A stretch of DNA of 60,992 nt, counting the filler, from Sphacelaria rigidula (taxonomy: Eukaryota): assembly GCA_964200075.2 (NCBI GenBank). It is 8 parts of 8 records of this genome, joined end to end, with 100 filler letters (N's around TTAATTAATTAA, not from the genome) between each part and the next. Parts side by side here need not be neighbours in the genome. Positions count along the whole stretch, not along the records: positions 30,549 to 38,084 come from CAXNAA020014451.1; positions 38,185 to 45,720 come from CAXNAA020014452.1; positions 45,821 to 53,356 come from CAXNAA020014453.1; 5 more parts are not named here. One strand, given 5' to 3'. Shown piece after piece: positions 37,944 to 50,229 of the stretch. The first letter of the stretch is position 1. Each line of letters begins with the position of its first letter. The position numbers were made by a program, and so were the translations under genes. Below the pieces are notes generated by a model. That model made no database searches. It saw nothing but the letters and a program-made list of their open reading frames with translations, and had not been told where the DNA came from.

Positions 37944-38023
37944 GTGAGAAAGGCAACACCAGTGCTGGCCCACTTATTGATTGCTGGAGTATGACGACGA
38001 TATCGCGCATCGTTCGACGGTAC

Positions 38024-38080
<57 letters not shown>
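38024..38080. repeat. (ATT)n microsatellite at a contig end
   Basis: Directly visible. Confidence 0.95.
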
Positions 38081-38082
<2 letters not shown>

Positions 38083-38339
38083 CCNNNNNNNNNNNNNNNN
38101 NNNNNNNNNNNNNNNNNNNNNNNNNNNNTTAATTAATTAANNNNNNNNNNNNNNNNNNNNNNNNNNNNNNNNNNNNNNNNNNNNAGTCGCCCCCCCCCCA
38201 AGTCACCTTGTGAAAATTCCAACAACATTCGAGTGCGCCAGTCGAAATGAAATGAAGTCCCTCGGTTTAAAAAAAAAAGACGCTGCAAGTATGCATTGAG
38301 TGAATATGAACGTGGGAACTACGCGCACGCTCGGGATCC

Positions 38340-38643
38340 CGATAATGGAAATCACCTTGGCGGGTATACCGTAGCGTGCTAGAATTTTCCAGAGAAGAGA
38401 ACGGTCCACTGAATCGTACGCTTTTTGGAGATCGATGAAGCACATATACAGAGGAACCTTCTTCTCTCGGGCCAGTTCTTGGAGTCTGCGTACAGCGAAC
38501 ATCATGTCGACTGTGGAACGGCCAGGTCAGAAACCGCTTTGCGCTTCTGGGAGGATTCCCTTCCACTCGTAGGAGGCACTGAGGCGAGTCGCAACTATCT
38601 TGAGCACCACCTTGCCCGCGTGGGACCCGAGAGAAATACCGAG
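38340..38643 (-). mobile_element. Non-LTR (RTE-like) reverse transcriptase fragment
   Basis: [20 protein letters not shown]...[63 protein letters not shown] corresponds to LINE RT domains 2-3, with one stop codon. Confidence 0.9.
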
Positions 38644-40827
38644 GCTTTGTTTTCAGCGTTGCAACCCAGGTACACGCAGCCTAGACACGTGGAATGGCGC
38701 AAAAGTTGCGTGGATACCCCTTGGACCAGCAGTCAACTTTTTTCTGCCTCTTGGGTAATCAGACGGACGGAAGAAATCGTGGATTTGGTGATTCGTAGTC
38801 GTGATGATTCGTCCTAACCGTGAAACCTTCTTTCACAAGATATCGATGGGGAATAAGATATTCACCTCTACACTATATTTTCCTGTAAAAGAACAACCAT
38901 GACCTTGTGTATGCGTAGACAATACACTCTCGGACGAGGTAGGGGGATACAATACTGTAACATTCACTCCTGCCCCCTTTTGTTGAACGACTCCACGACC
39001 ACCGTTGATTGGATGACGCACTTTATTGACTGATGCCCGAGCAGCTCAGCCGTGGTCACAAGATAAACGTACCCAAGGTAAACAAAATGGGATTTCTCTC
39101 AAAAAGGGGGGAAACGGGATAACAAACGAGTAAAACAAACGGAGAAAACTCAAAACAAACCAAAAACAGAAGAGAAGGTCGAGCAGAAAAAGGGGAAAAA
39201 ATAGGAAAGGAAAAGAACTAGGAGAAATGAAGCATGAAGCGTCCCCCGCGCCCTTGTTCCCTGTCGCATATTTAGCGTCGTGGTCGTTCCGTGGAACAAG
39301 CTCGCACGAGGTTGTAGGAGATATGAGAAATTCACCGTGTCCCAGGAGGAGTCATCGTGGGAGAAGATTGCGACGTAAATATTTTTCGCACCACAATATT
39401 TGGGCATGAACTCTCACCCGTAATCGCCAAGAAAACAAGGTTCCAATCTGCTCACTGCTGTTGTGTAACAGAGTACTGGGAAGAAAGAGCGAGCGAGACA
39501 GGGAAAGACGGATGGGAGACAACATAGAGAACAGAGGAGAGAAGGCGGAAGCGATGAAGCTCAAGTGATGGAGAACAACCGAGTCATCCGAGGGAGCAGG
39601 GGATTTTACGGCATCGTCCCCCCCGTCTACTCCATTACTGCATCATTTTCTACCTTAAACTTCACGGAAATCGTTGTTCTTCAGGCAAGCCATACTCGTA
39701 TGAAGAGAAACATCTCGTTCCTCATTTGGTAAACGCAAAACGTTTTTGACCCTCGTCTATCTTTGAACGACCATCATACTTCGTATCATGATGGTGATTA
39801 ACCAGGAACATCACACAGCAACGAGCCAAGGAGAAGTCAACAATCGATTATGAGAGAAGACAGGGGTCGTAGATCACCTTCCGTGTTGACCCCGCTGCCC
39901 CATTTCCCCCTAATCGGATACAAATCGGGCCACTCGCTCGACCATTTCTATCGTGGGACTCCTCTCGAGCTGTTGTTGTCGGTGTTGTGTTTGCGGTGGT
40001 GGCTCTACGACGAGATTGCACCCCCTTTTCCGTTTTTGCTTCTCCCTCTTGCGTTTCGACAAGTTCATGCCTGGTGGAGACAGTCACGTGATATTTCCAT
40101 ATTCTCTTCTTGCGGTTCAACACTTCTGCCCGCTTCAGAAATAATGATCGCTTCGTGGGTGAAAGCTTGCCCTGCACGTGACAACCCTTGTATTTTTCTG
40201 TTCTTCACATCATTTTCAGTTGGTGGGTAGACAAAATGGGGGTAGTGCACTTCTCGGTGCGGGAAGGAGCGCTGCACGCCAGCTTGGTATTCTAAACACC
40301 CTACAGTGCCTTATACCCAAACACTCAACAAAATGTATCTGTCATTCATTCGAGCTTGGGCACCGTCGTGTGTCCCCTAAATCACACGCGATCCCATCCT
40401 ATCTGACTCCTACGGAGCGAAAATGCGCCGTCTACGAATCGAACAAGCGACACCCCCCCCCCCCATCCTGCTCCCCCCTCACCCCCTCCGGCGATGACAT
40501 CTGAACTGAATCATTAGAAGGAAAGGACACAAGAATGCAAATGGAGCGTTTGTCTTCGGAACAAAAACAATATACTCCGTCTGCAGTGACGTACGTAGAG
40601 GACAAAAAAAAATAGATGAAAGACAAAGCAACTCCGCACATTCAATTCAAGGGATTCACTTCATCAGATTGAATACAGATAGACGAAGCACAGGCTACTC
40701 GGGTACCTCCAAACTTGTAAGGCCTAAATCAAACAGCAGGGCCGAATGACCTAACCGACAGCATTGTCGGCTAAAATACACACAAAAAAAACAAGGGACA
40801 GACTGACGTATTTTCGTTTGTTTGTTT

Positions 40828-43800
40828 TTACTGCGGGTTGAGAGCTGCTACGCCCGGCAGGATCTTTCCCTCCAGCAGCTCCAACGACGCTCCTCCGCCT
40901 GTGGAAATGTGCGACATCTTGTCCGCGAGGCCAGCCTGGAGATTCGTCGAATTTAAAAGGGGAAGAGAAAATACGAGAAAAAGAAAGTTCAACAAAATAA
41001 TCCAAAAAGATGATGAGAAAAGGTGGGCAGTTGATTACCATTCCACTTTGAGACAAACCATCCACAAATTGAAATAAAAAATAAGACAGCGGCAGGTCAC
41101 TATAATGGAAACAACAGATGACGTGGAATAACACAGGATTCAGGGATGACCGGGGGGGGGGGTGGGCATATTGACACTTTGCACATACTGTACAACACAT
41201 GGCCAGCTTCTCGCAGAAGTCATTATCTACTGAGACTTCGTCAACCCTTTCCCCGACGAGTTGCCCAAACCCCGACTTGTTCATCTACTCTCGGACCCAA
41301 ACTGTTTTGTAACGGTTGTGCGTGTGGTGGTTGTAAGACTAAGGAAAATGACATCCAAGACTCGACGGCTACAATACATAAATGATGACAATAAACAATC
41401 GATGCGAACAACAAAGGCACGGCGAGGACGAGGTACTCGTGAATTTCGTACACCACAAGAGCCTGAGAGGAAATACGCTGGAAGAAAGGTCGCTGGAGGG
41501 ACGGAAACGGGCAGTCAAGTCAAGCAGACTAGCGTTGGAATATCCAACACCAAACAAGAGCGTTGAGAGTTACCTACCGTTCGAGACTGTAGAAATAGAA
41601 ATCACCAGGTGCCAGTCACCGGTCCGCATATATAATTACTTGTGAAATCGATTCTGCCGAGAATCCGTAGTTTCCTAGCACATAGCCGTAAACTTGGCGT
41701 CGACCGTCCAACTGCCGTAATCAAAGATACAGAATACAGGACGGAGTGCGCCGCTGTTTTTCGTCCCAACACCAAACGAAACCGTAAGATTCCATACCCT
41801 GGACAAGAGAATACAGTCAAAACGTGTACTGCGTACAGTATCGACTATTGCGCCTTTTGCAATAAACAATAGATTCCATACTGAACGCAGTACATTTTTT
41901 TACAAAAGAATCTGTTGTCCAGGGTGCGTAAGATTCATGGCAAACATTCAACATATGGTAGGTTTTTGTACATGTAAGATATTTCTGCTTCTTCTGTGCT
42001 CTCAGAACGGTACAGTAGCCGAATAAACGATAATGCTATTTTTATTTTCAGAACTTAGAGTGAAGGGAGCAGTTTCGGGCCAAACCTAGATGTCCTGGCT
42101 GTGTTGGAACAACACGCAACCCTCCTTGGGAGCACGGAGAAAACCGCCGACACGTGGTATTTGCGGCAACCCATGTACAGCACGGTCTTCACCTCCACAC
42201 GCGACAAAAAACACCATCATCATCGTCGCCACCCATCATGCATCGCCATCAATATTGCCATCAACAACAACAACAACAACAACAACAACAACCGCGCACC
42301 TGCTCCACAGCAGCCACAGAGTCACCGCCGCCGATGATTGTTATGCACCCCTTCGCTGTCGCGTCTGCCAGGGTGTTCGCCACTGCGATTGTCCCCTGTA
42401 CGGATAATGTTTCCACGGAGATACACGAAAAAAAAGTGTATGTATTAGATATAGATGTAAAAATATAGAAGCGCGGATGACGAGCCCGACACAAAAAGCT
42501 GTACGGAACAAGATTCACAGTGAACGAAAAAAAAATGTATCCGAAAAACTTCATCGTTTACTGTGTCTGTATCAAAACATGAGGCAATCTGCAATGCAGA
42601 TCGTGTGTATGCTGTGTGTGTTGTCATCCCATCTATTCTGGACGCCAGCCTACACCTTTCGGTGTATGTGGGTGCGTCAGACGGGGTCACACAGAAGTGT
42701 TTTCTCGGGGGGTTTTCAGTACTCCACCCTCCTTCTGCGGTGCATGTCTTATTTTTATCGCGAGAAGGATTCAGCAGTCCCTTTCCCTCGTCGACCGTGG
42801 AATCGTTTTTTTTTCTGTGTACCAACGACATAGTCGCTCTCCACTGTTGGGCATTGTGTGAGAAAGAATTCCAGATGGTGCGACTGCACCGAGCTTCGAA
42901 CCTACGACACAACCGTTAAAAGGTATTCGATTGATCCCCAGGTGAATGTACTTAATATTCTTTCATAGAATTGACATAGAATTGACATGTTTGAAATAAC
43001 TCACGATTTTTGTGCCGTCGATCTTTGATAACTCTTTCAAAAATTCAAAATGTTGCTCGACTCGAGGAGCTTCATTTTCACGAGCCCATGATCACGGATC
43101 ATGCCGGTTCAACGATCATGGTATGAGAGCACGAAAGCTTGAAGATAATAGAGAAAACTAGCGTTATTCAAATTATTCAATGCGTTACACGTTACATATC
43201 ACACGTTCACATTTCACGTCAAAACTTGAGCCAGGCCGGTCCTACGGTGGGGGACCACGTTGAGAGCCCTGATTTGACTTGACTCCAAACAGGGCTCACC
43301 ACGTGGTCCCGTGGTCCCCCACCTTACTGCTAGCCTCGCTAAATTTTTGTGTGATAAGTGAAACATGAACGTGTAACGTGTAAAGCCTGGACATCAATCA
43401 TTGCCCCCCCTTCTTCCCTCGTCCCGCCCGTTCAACGTAAATCACCTTCGCGAACGCCTCGTACTCGAACACCCCCATGGGTCCGTTCCAGATCACAGTT
43501 TGGCAGTCGGACAGCTTGTCCTGCAAAAGCGTGAAAATCACAAAGAGGAGGAGGACGGGACGGGACGGGACGGGACGGGACGGGACGGGACGGGGTTACT
43601 CATGATACTGTCCAGGGTGTGTAGATTTCACCCAGCGATGGCTCGTCCAACCGTTGAATTGAAGGATACCACGAAACAAAAAGACTCCCGTCCGCACAAC
43701 CGAGGCTATGGAGACCTTGAACTCGAGGTTGAATAGGTAAAAGGACTAAAGCACCAACAACACCATGAACGACTAATAACTGAAGTGGATTTATTATCTA

Positions 43801-44370
43801 CAATGAACAACCACAACAAGAAAACGGAGAGACGACAACTCTCACAGGCAAGCTGTAGAGCAATTCTGTCTCATAATGTCTCGGGCCCGTGTATATGACT
43901 TTTCCTCCCCGTCCCTGAATTGCGTAGTGAGGCGTTTCTGTTTTGTTCCTTCAGCCTGGACACGCGTATCTTGCGAACATGAACCACGCCTGGGTCCCTC
44001 GGGAAGCAGATAGCTCTCATGTGCCACAACCAATCATCAACGCTGGCACAAGCTGATTTCCCAGCGTTTTGTACATGGCTTATATATGTGGGATCGGCCT
44101 GAAGTATCTTGCGCCGTAGGACGGAGGACGAAACAATACTTTTCCCTTTTCGATTTTCAAATTCTGAATTTTCAAATTCTGAATTTTCAAACCCACGATT
44201 TTCAATTTCACGATTTTTAAATTCACGGCTGCATAATTTAGGATAGAGGAAGAGACAAGAGGAGCGGTAGGCATCAATCTGCACTCGAAAATCACCTGGA
44301 TAAGCTTCGTCGACTCCGGACCGTTGTCCAATCCCATCCAGCCGTCGGGGATTGCATCCACAGATACGGT
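40828..44370 (-). CDS. PGK: Phosphoglycerate kinase, last four exons (44296-44370, 43446-43520, 42300-42395, 40828-40935); probably the plastid-type isoform
   Basis: Phase-0 GT-AG exons give [117 protein letters not shown]. Confidence 0.96.
42600..42918 (-). mobile_element. SINE family A copy with a degraded head, in a PGK intron
   Basis: Body TCCCATCTATTCTGGACG...ATAGTCGCTCTCCACTGTTGGGCATTGTGTGA is shared with 35205-35573. Confidence 0.75.
43178..43389. mobile_element. Degenerate copy of the hAT-like foldback MITE
   Basis: TACACGTTACA...GGTGGGGGACCACGT...ACGTGGTCCC...TGTAACGTGTA; no TSD is preserved. Confidence 0.7.
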
Positions 44371-44687
44371 CTTGGCAGTGTTTTAGAAAACCCATTCGTC
44401 ATCCACAGCGAGTGAGTAAAAACCACGCAGTATTTGCCGATAAACCCACGACGGTCGAAACCATATAAACCATTTTGTCATTATCCACGAGAAGCATAGA
44501 CGCACGTGGGAGTGGGAAAGAGGGGGGGGAGGGGGGGGGGAGTCAGCTGTAACCCGCACACTGGTTGGTTGTTCATATCCATGATTTGTTTGACTGGCTA
44601 CTGACTCGTTCGTTTGTTCTTCTTCTCACTCTTCTCCCTATAAAAATACCTATTTTTCATGTTTATACATTTGCCATCAAAACATTC

Positions 44688-44944
44688 CACACGTCGGACA
44701 GCTCATGAGCTACCGAAAATAACAAATCGAAGGGGACTCTCAGATTGCTCATCCAAAAACACAAATTACGTGACAGCAGGGCCCGAGAAGCCAACGCGCT
44801 ACCTTTACGATTCTCCGCGTGCTCAGTGTCCAGCGCTGTGGGGAGAAAATATGGAAAAAGCGATCACATGAGCTAGCTCGTGATCCAGATCAGCACACTA
44901 ATAAGAAGTAATATTTAGGCAGCTCATGAGCTGTCCGACGTGTG
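44688..44944. mobile_element. MITE with 27-bp TIR and a perfect 8-bp TSD (hAT- or P-like)
   Basis: AAACATTC|CACACGTCGGACAGCTCATGAGCTACC...GGCAGCTCATGAGCTGTCCGACGTGTG|AAACATTC. Confidence 0.88.
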
Positions 44945-45820
44945 AAACATTCGACTTCCTTCATTCCAGATTTGACCCCGCAAGTTCAAGTTCAAAATCA
45001 TTTCGAGATAACTACCGAGTCCGTTCTCGTTGAGCAGACATTTGGAAAAAAGAAAGCGACGGAAAAGCTGCGTTGCTGCTGCTGTGCGTGGAACACGAAG
45101 TACGTACACGGGATTCGCGCAAATTCACAGCGAGGTACGCCGTAAGACCTCTGTTATCGCAGTTGAGGGCTGGGGTTAGCTTTGTTACACGATTAGGACG
45201 AATCACGATTAATACGAGTTGACTCCTCATGAAATACATGACAGGGGTCAACCTGGATTCAACTGTTGGCCCCGCATGCACCCGACGGTGAATAACATAT
45301 GCAGTACACTCATCTCAACCGCATATAGATTGGGAGAAAAGTACAACTGATGCAGGACCCATGTCATAAGAGGATTCAACGATGTGCCGACTCCTCGTCC
45401 CGCACGGGTCATACGCATGGCATAGATGTAGATGCTATTCACGCCTCATGGTAAGTGTGGGTGGCATGTACAATCGATTCATCCCGCATTTTTCTGCAGG
45501 GGATTCGCATGTATCCATCATCTACCCCCCACGACCTGAAGGTAGGAAACAGGTACCGTTGACGGTGTACTGCACGACACAAGAGCTCAAAACCTGTATA
45601 AATTACAAATGTTGTACAAATCGTACGATTTATTCGTTGGGATGATTCTTGTTTTTCCTTGATGGAAGGAGGAAACCCAACCCAACACTTACCCCGCTGG
45701 CGATCGCAACGATCGCGAGCNNNNNNNNNNNNNNNNNNNNNNNNNNNNNNNNNNNNNNNNNNNNTTAATTAATTAANNNNNNNNNNNNNNNNNNNNNNNN
45801 NNNNNNNNNNNNNNNNNNNN

Positions 45821-46100
45821 GGGAAAATGCGGGACGTGAATGGAGGTGGCATGGAATCGTCTGATGCATTAGACGATAGGGAGAAAACGATGGCTATACT
45901 AGGAGATAGATGGTGGCCAGAGACGGCGAAACAGGGCGGGGATAAGTTATGTAAAAGGCTTTTATGTACTGTATGAAAGAAACCTGATGAGCGCCGGAAT
46001 GTTGAAGGTGTCTCTATTAGGAGTAGGAACGGTGCTCCATCCCGAAAGGGATGCGTGGTTAACGGTCAAACGACTAAGGCAAGCGACAGATAAGTACCCC
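45821..46100 (+). mobile_element. LINE 3' fragment (same family as 12505-13215)
   Basis: GGAGGTGGCATGGAA...GGAGATAGATGGTGGCC...GGGATGCGTGGTTAACGGTCAAACGACTAAGGCAAGCGACAGATAAGTACCCC. Confidence 0.75.
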
Positions 46101-46157
46101 CCCTCCCCCCCCCCTCCTCCAACAGAGTGGAGTTCTACTAAAGCGGCGGAGAGTATC

Positions 46158-46320
46158 TCTCGAGTATTACATGTACAGGTCGAGCACTCGAGTCATTGCT
46201 CGTTGTAAAACAAATACTGACTCGAGCACACGAGTCATTCCTCGTTGTGAAAACAAATTAATGGGTCAAGCACACGAGTCATTGATCGTTGTCGAAAATA
46301 TAATGACTCAAGCACACATT
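46158..46320. repeat. ~42-bp tandem repeat, about 4 units
   Basis: TC(G/A)AGCAC(T/A)CGAGTCATT..TCGTTGT.AAA recurs. Confidence 0.75.
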
Positions 46321-47697
46321 ATGTACTTAGACCAAGTCGCCTTCAAAAGGAAGTCTCAGTACACCTTTGCCCTTTTATGTTCTCACGAACAAAGGGTCGA
46401 ATCGTATGCGCCCGCAGTGCACAGCTGGATGCAACAAATCAATATAATCCGAACCGCAGTAGCAGTTCGGATCCAGATGTTCGCAGGAATATATTATCTC
46501 CTTGTAGATTACAATGCGAACCAGGGCCAATAGTTCCTCCCAACTAAAAGCGTACTGGTAAGGACTCACTTGGAACTCAGAGCAACGGCGGCAAAAGCTG
46601 ATGATGTCCTGGGTCCAAGATAGAGTGAGCACGAAGGGGTTGGTGGCTCGTACGACTCCACCCAATATCCTACGCCAGAATTATATCCACACATAGTCAT
46701 AGTACAATAAAAAACCAATGGTAGGTACTTGGGACGTTGCTGGCCCATACATCCAACAGTTCGTCCGCAGCGGCGAATACTACGTTTATCGTACCGTTTC
46801 TTCAGTCCCAGGAACGTTCCGAGAACGCTACTTGTTGTGCACATGAACATTCAATGGGCAGCAAATAAGATAATCAACCATGCAACTTGCATCTCATATT
46901 GACTATCCAGAACATCGACTTAGCTCTTCTAACAAGCTGACATCTCTCGACGGCCAAAACAAAGGTTCATATCAAACGTTGCTTTACTCCGACACATGTA
47001 TGCCCGAGATTACAGATCCCGAGACCAGCCCCTGCAATTACCATGACAATAGCCCACTCTGAAGCGTGAGTTAGCAGAAGCTCAGAGAGTTTCGAAGACT
47101 CACGTTTCACCACAATCTCCTACACCATCAAAAGGGGTGAGATAAAACAAAACAAAGAGCAATGGGGAATTTCCCTAGCCTGGCAAACAACAGACTTCAG
47201 CCACAGCGCACGACTCACGCGGCCGCGCCATCATCCCGTCTCTGGTACACAAAGGAGGCGCCTAGACTGACAACTACGACCTACAGTATAAGCACGTGAC
47301 CCGGATGGTCAAATCATCAACCCACCAGCATGGAACACAAACAAGTTACGCTCCGCCAACAAGATCAGCGCGTGGCCCGGACAGGCGTACGATCGAACAC
47401 TCTGGAAACCCACACAACCCAGGCTGTTCCTTAGGCAACGGGAACTGTAGTATGCACGGTCGAACGACATCAAGGGGGAGCGCAACACGTGCAGTAGGAT
47501 ATCACGTTAATCAGTTTCAAGGGACCCGCCAAGGCATAAGGATCAAGAAGACATCACTTTCAACATTGATGTGGTGCATGCAAAAACTCATACCGGTGGA
47601 AAGACCAACAAGATAGATCGCGGTACAGGATCTAGGAGCGGCAGCAGTGGCCGATTGAACCTCCAGGACCGTGCAGCGGTAATCGCCGCGCGACGCG

Positions 47698-48945
47698 TAC
47701 TGAGCAAGCCCGGGGGATCGGTCATCCGTTGTCGCACACGCCGACAAACAAAATCCACAGTTGCCATACCCAATAACTCGTGGAAATTTGCTGAGGAAGC
47801 CCTTGGGGTATCGGTCATCCGTTGGCGCAAATGTCGAACACACAGCCGGTCATATGAAGGAATGTTACAGACCCTGTATAGTGTTGGGGTTCTCGGCATT
47901 AGGCGTTGCAACTGGCTTACAGACAGGCGATATATCTCGTGGTCTCGAGCAAGCATCCAGTTGAGTCATTTCATGCGCATGCAAATATGTGATGACCAAT
48001 ATACCATGTTGATTATGCCGGAACATGCCTCAAGTACACATCTGTTTGTGCACTGAATTAATTAATTTACTACCATGACGACCTTTATCACATACTGACG
48101 TACCGAGTATGGTCTAGGCGTCCGTACTGTATTGTCTCACCGTGGTCAGCAACCAACCCGCAAGATCATAGCAAGAGGAAATGTGTCCGACGTAGTACAG
48201 GGATCACAGCTCCAGAAGCGATTCAGTTTCTCTTTCGTGGTGGTGGTTTTGACAGCCTCATCAATCAGATTCACATAAGCTCTTCGCTCGTTGTTTGCTC
48301 ATCGTCAAAATAGTAAAATTATGGGTCGCACAGCGTAATGAAACCACTGCGCGCACGGAGGCGTGTCTGTAACCGTTACAACGGACACCGCTCCCTCTCC
48401 TCTAGTCGGAATACCCGTAGGTCACATCAACTAGCCCTCCGAGCCCATCAGTCGAATAGCTGGGCTCATCATTGTACTGCCCTTCCTCCATGTATGCCGC
48501 GATCCATAACAGGAACACTCACTGAGGAAGCCCTTGGGGAATCGGTCATCTGTTTTCGCAAATGTTCGGTTGAGGAGAAGAGACGGGATGTGTCGGATCC
48601 AACGATCCACGAAGGGGTGAAGGTCGTGGAGACACAGGAACAAAGACGAGAAAAACAAAAGAAACGAGAGAAAAAAAAACAGTATAATGGACACCGACAC
48701 TCGACAATTTGCTGAGGAAGCCCTTGGGGTATCGGTCATCCGTTGGCACAACTGTCGAGCACACAGCTGGTTACGTAAGTAACATTTACTGAGGAAGCCC
48801 TTGGGATATCGGTCATCCGTTTTCGCAACTGTTGGACTGGAAAGAAAGGACGGGTCGTCTCGGGTCCGACAGGCCACTAGAACTGCCTGTGGCGGTGGCT
48901 TCCGTGAAGGTCGGAGAGGCGCAGGAACAAAAACAAGAAACACCG
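47698..48945. repeat. Five copies of a ~50-bp motif in a higher-order duplicated arrangement
   Basis: CTGAGGAAGCCCTTGGG..ATCGGTCATC.GTT at about 47790, 48522, 48712 and 48789, plus a degenerate copy at 47700. Confidence 0.9.
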
Positions 48946-49689
48946 AACAATGAAGAAGAGAAGGTGGCTGAGACCCTCACAGCTAGCAAGGAGCAATGGC
49001 AGTGAGTATCTCAGCACAGAATGGATGGAAATGGAGGGAAAAACTACAACGTGGCCTCAGTTCTCCAGAAATGTCGAGCCAAACGAGGACGGAAGGGTGA
49101 AGCTGCGGAATATTCGCAACTCACAACTCCATACGATGAAGGTACACACGTCTTCAAGTAATTCACCCGGTCACCAATTTCAGGAGGGTTGTTGAATGTA
49201 AAACCTCAATGTGGGGTCTTCACAAATACCGTACGGCGGGCTATGACAGTTGGTCGAGCTAACTGTCGAGACGAAAAAAAAACGCTCGTTCCGATGCGCT
49301 TGGATCACCTTGTGTGGGGACACAAATGTGTTCGAACAAGGGCACCACAGTTCCAGAACCAGATCAACCCGACCTACAACATACGACGGCTTCAAAACGG
49401 CATGGAAACGCGACCATGCACCCACATATACACATACACGCACATAAGCATACACGCACACGCATACACACGTATGCGCATACATGCACCCACCTACACA
49501 TACACGCACACACGCACATACATATGCGCATACACACCCCCCCATACACACACACACAGAGAAAAAAACGGAGAGGAAAAAGAAGAAAAAGGAGAAGGGT
49601 GGGGTTTGCGGCCATGGTGTCGAAGCAGCGAGGCGACGCCGTACGGGGGAAGTAGGACAAAACGCATCAAGAGTCGTCTTTCTTCCATG

Positions 49690-50173
49690 AGTTACCGGTC
49701 TTTCGGAGAATAGCATCGTCTATGTTGCCATCATCATGACGCTGGAGACACCAGGACCCGCGACGAGGGGACGACGCTTCAGTGTAGTAAGCATCGTGTA
49801 AAATGAGCTTCAGGGGGCCGGGGTCATCGAGAAAGCGGATGTAGTAGGAGTTGTCGGAGTCCTGCGCCTTATACTAGACGTACTCGCCTTTCGGCAGACG
49901 TTTCCTGCGAAAAGAAAGCAAGTATTGCGCATGCGAAGCAAGGCTATAGCAAGCCATGACAAACCGGGCCGAATGCTTCTGGGCCAGCTCCCGTGCCGCC
50001 GCGCCCTTCCGCATAGATCTGTATCTTCGGTTCAAGGGACGGGCCCGTCCCTGCCCCGCCTGACTGTAGCGAGGCTGGAGACAGTCGAGTGAGCGATATC
50101 TACATCTGACGGAGCCACTAATAACTGCTGGCTCGAGCGTCACAGGATTTGAACGACGTGTACAGTAGGTCAT
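49690..50173 (-). mobile_element. Ty3/Gypsy-type pol C-terminal remnant
   Basis: LNRRYRSMRKGAAARELAQ...LPKGEYV*YKAQD..SYYIRFLDDPGPLKLIL...Y......RGSWCLQ matches the 'RFLDDPGP.KL...GSWCLQ' post-integrase domain that I recall from Ectocarpus LTR retrotransposon polyproteins. Confidence 0.65.
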
Positions 50174-50229
50174 TGGTTTATGGCGGAAACGAGGTGCTGA
50201 GTTTCTGATCCTGGGTATTTTTCACGGGG

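Noticed and set aside
27264..44370. PDE6D-L2HGDH-PGK gene cluster
   Set aside because: The three genes lie on separate, artificially joined contigs.
47787..47840. Canonical hammerhead ribozyme
   Set aside because: CUGAGGA is present, but the obligatory GAAA is GCAAA, GCAAC or ACAAC, and stem I does not form in register.
47698..48945. CRISPR-like or cassette array
   Set aside because: Spacers range from 32 to ~685 bp and are pairwise homologous, no cas genes are present, and the context is a eukaryotic retroelement.
49180..49716. Several long overlapping ORFs
   Set aside because: Driven by a degenerate (CA)n-like tract.
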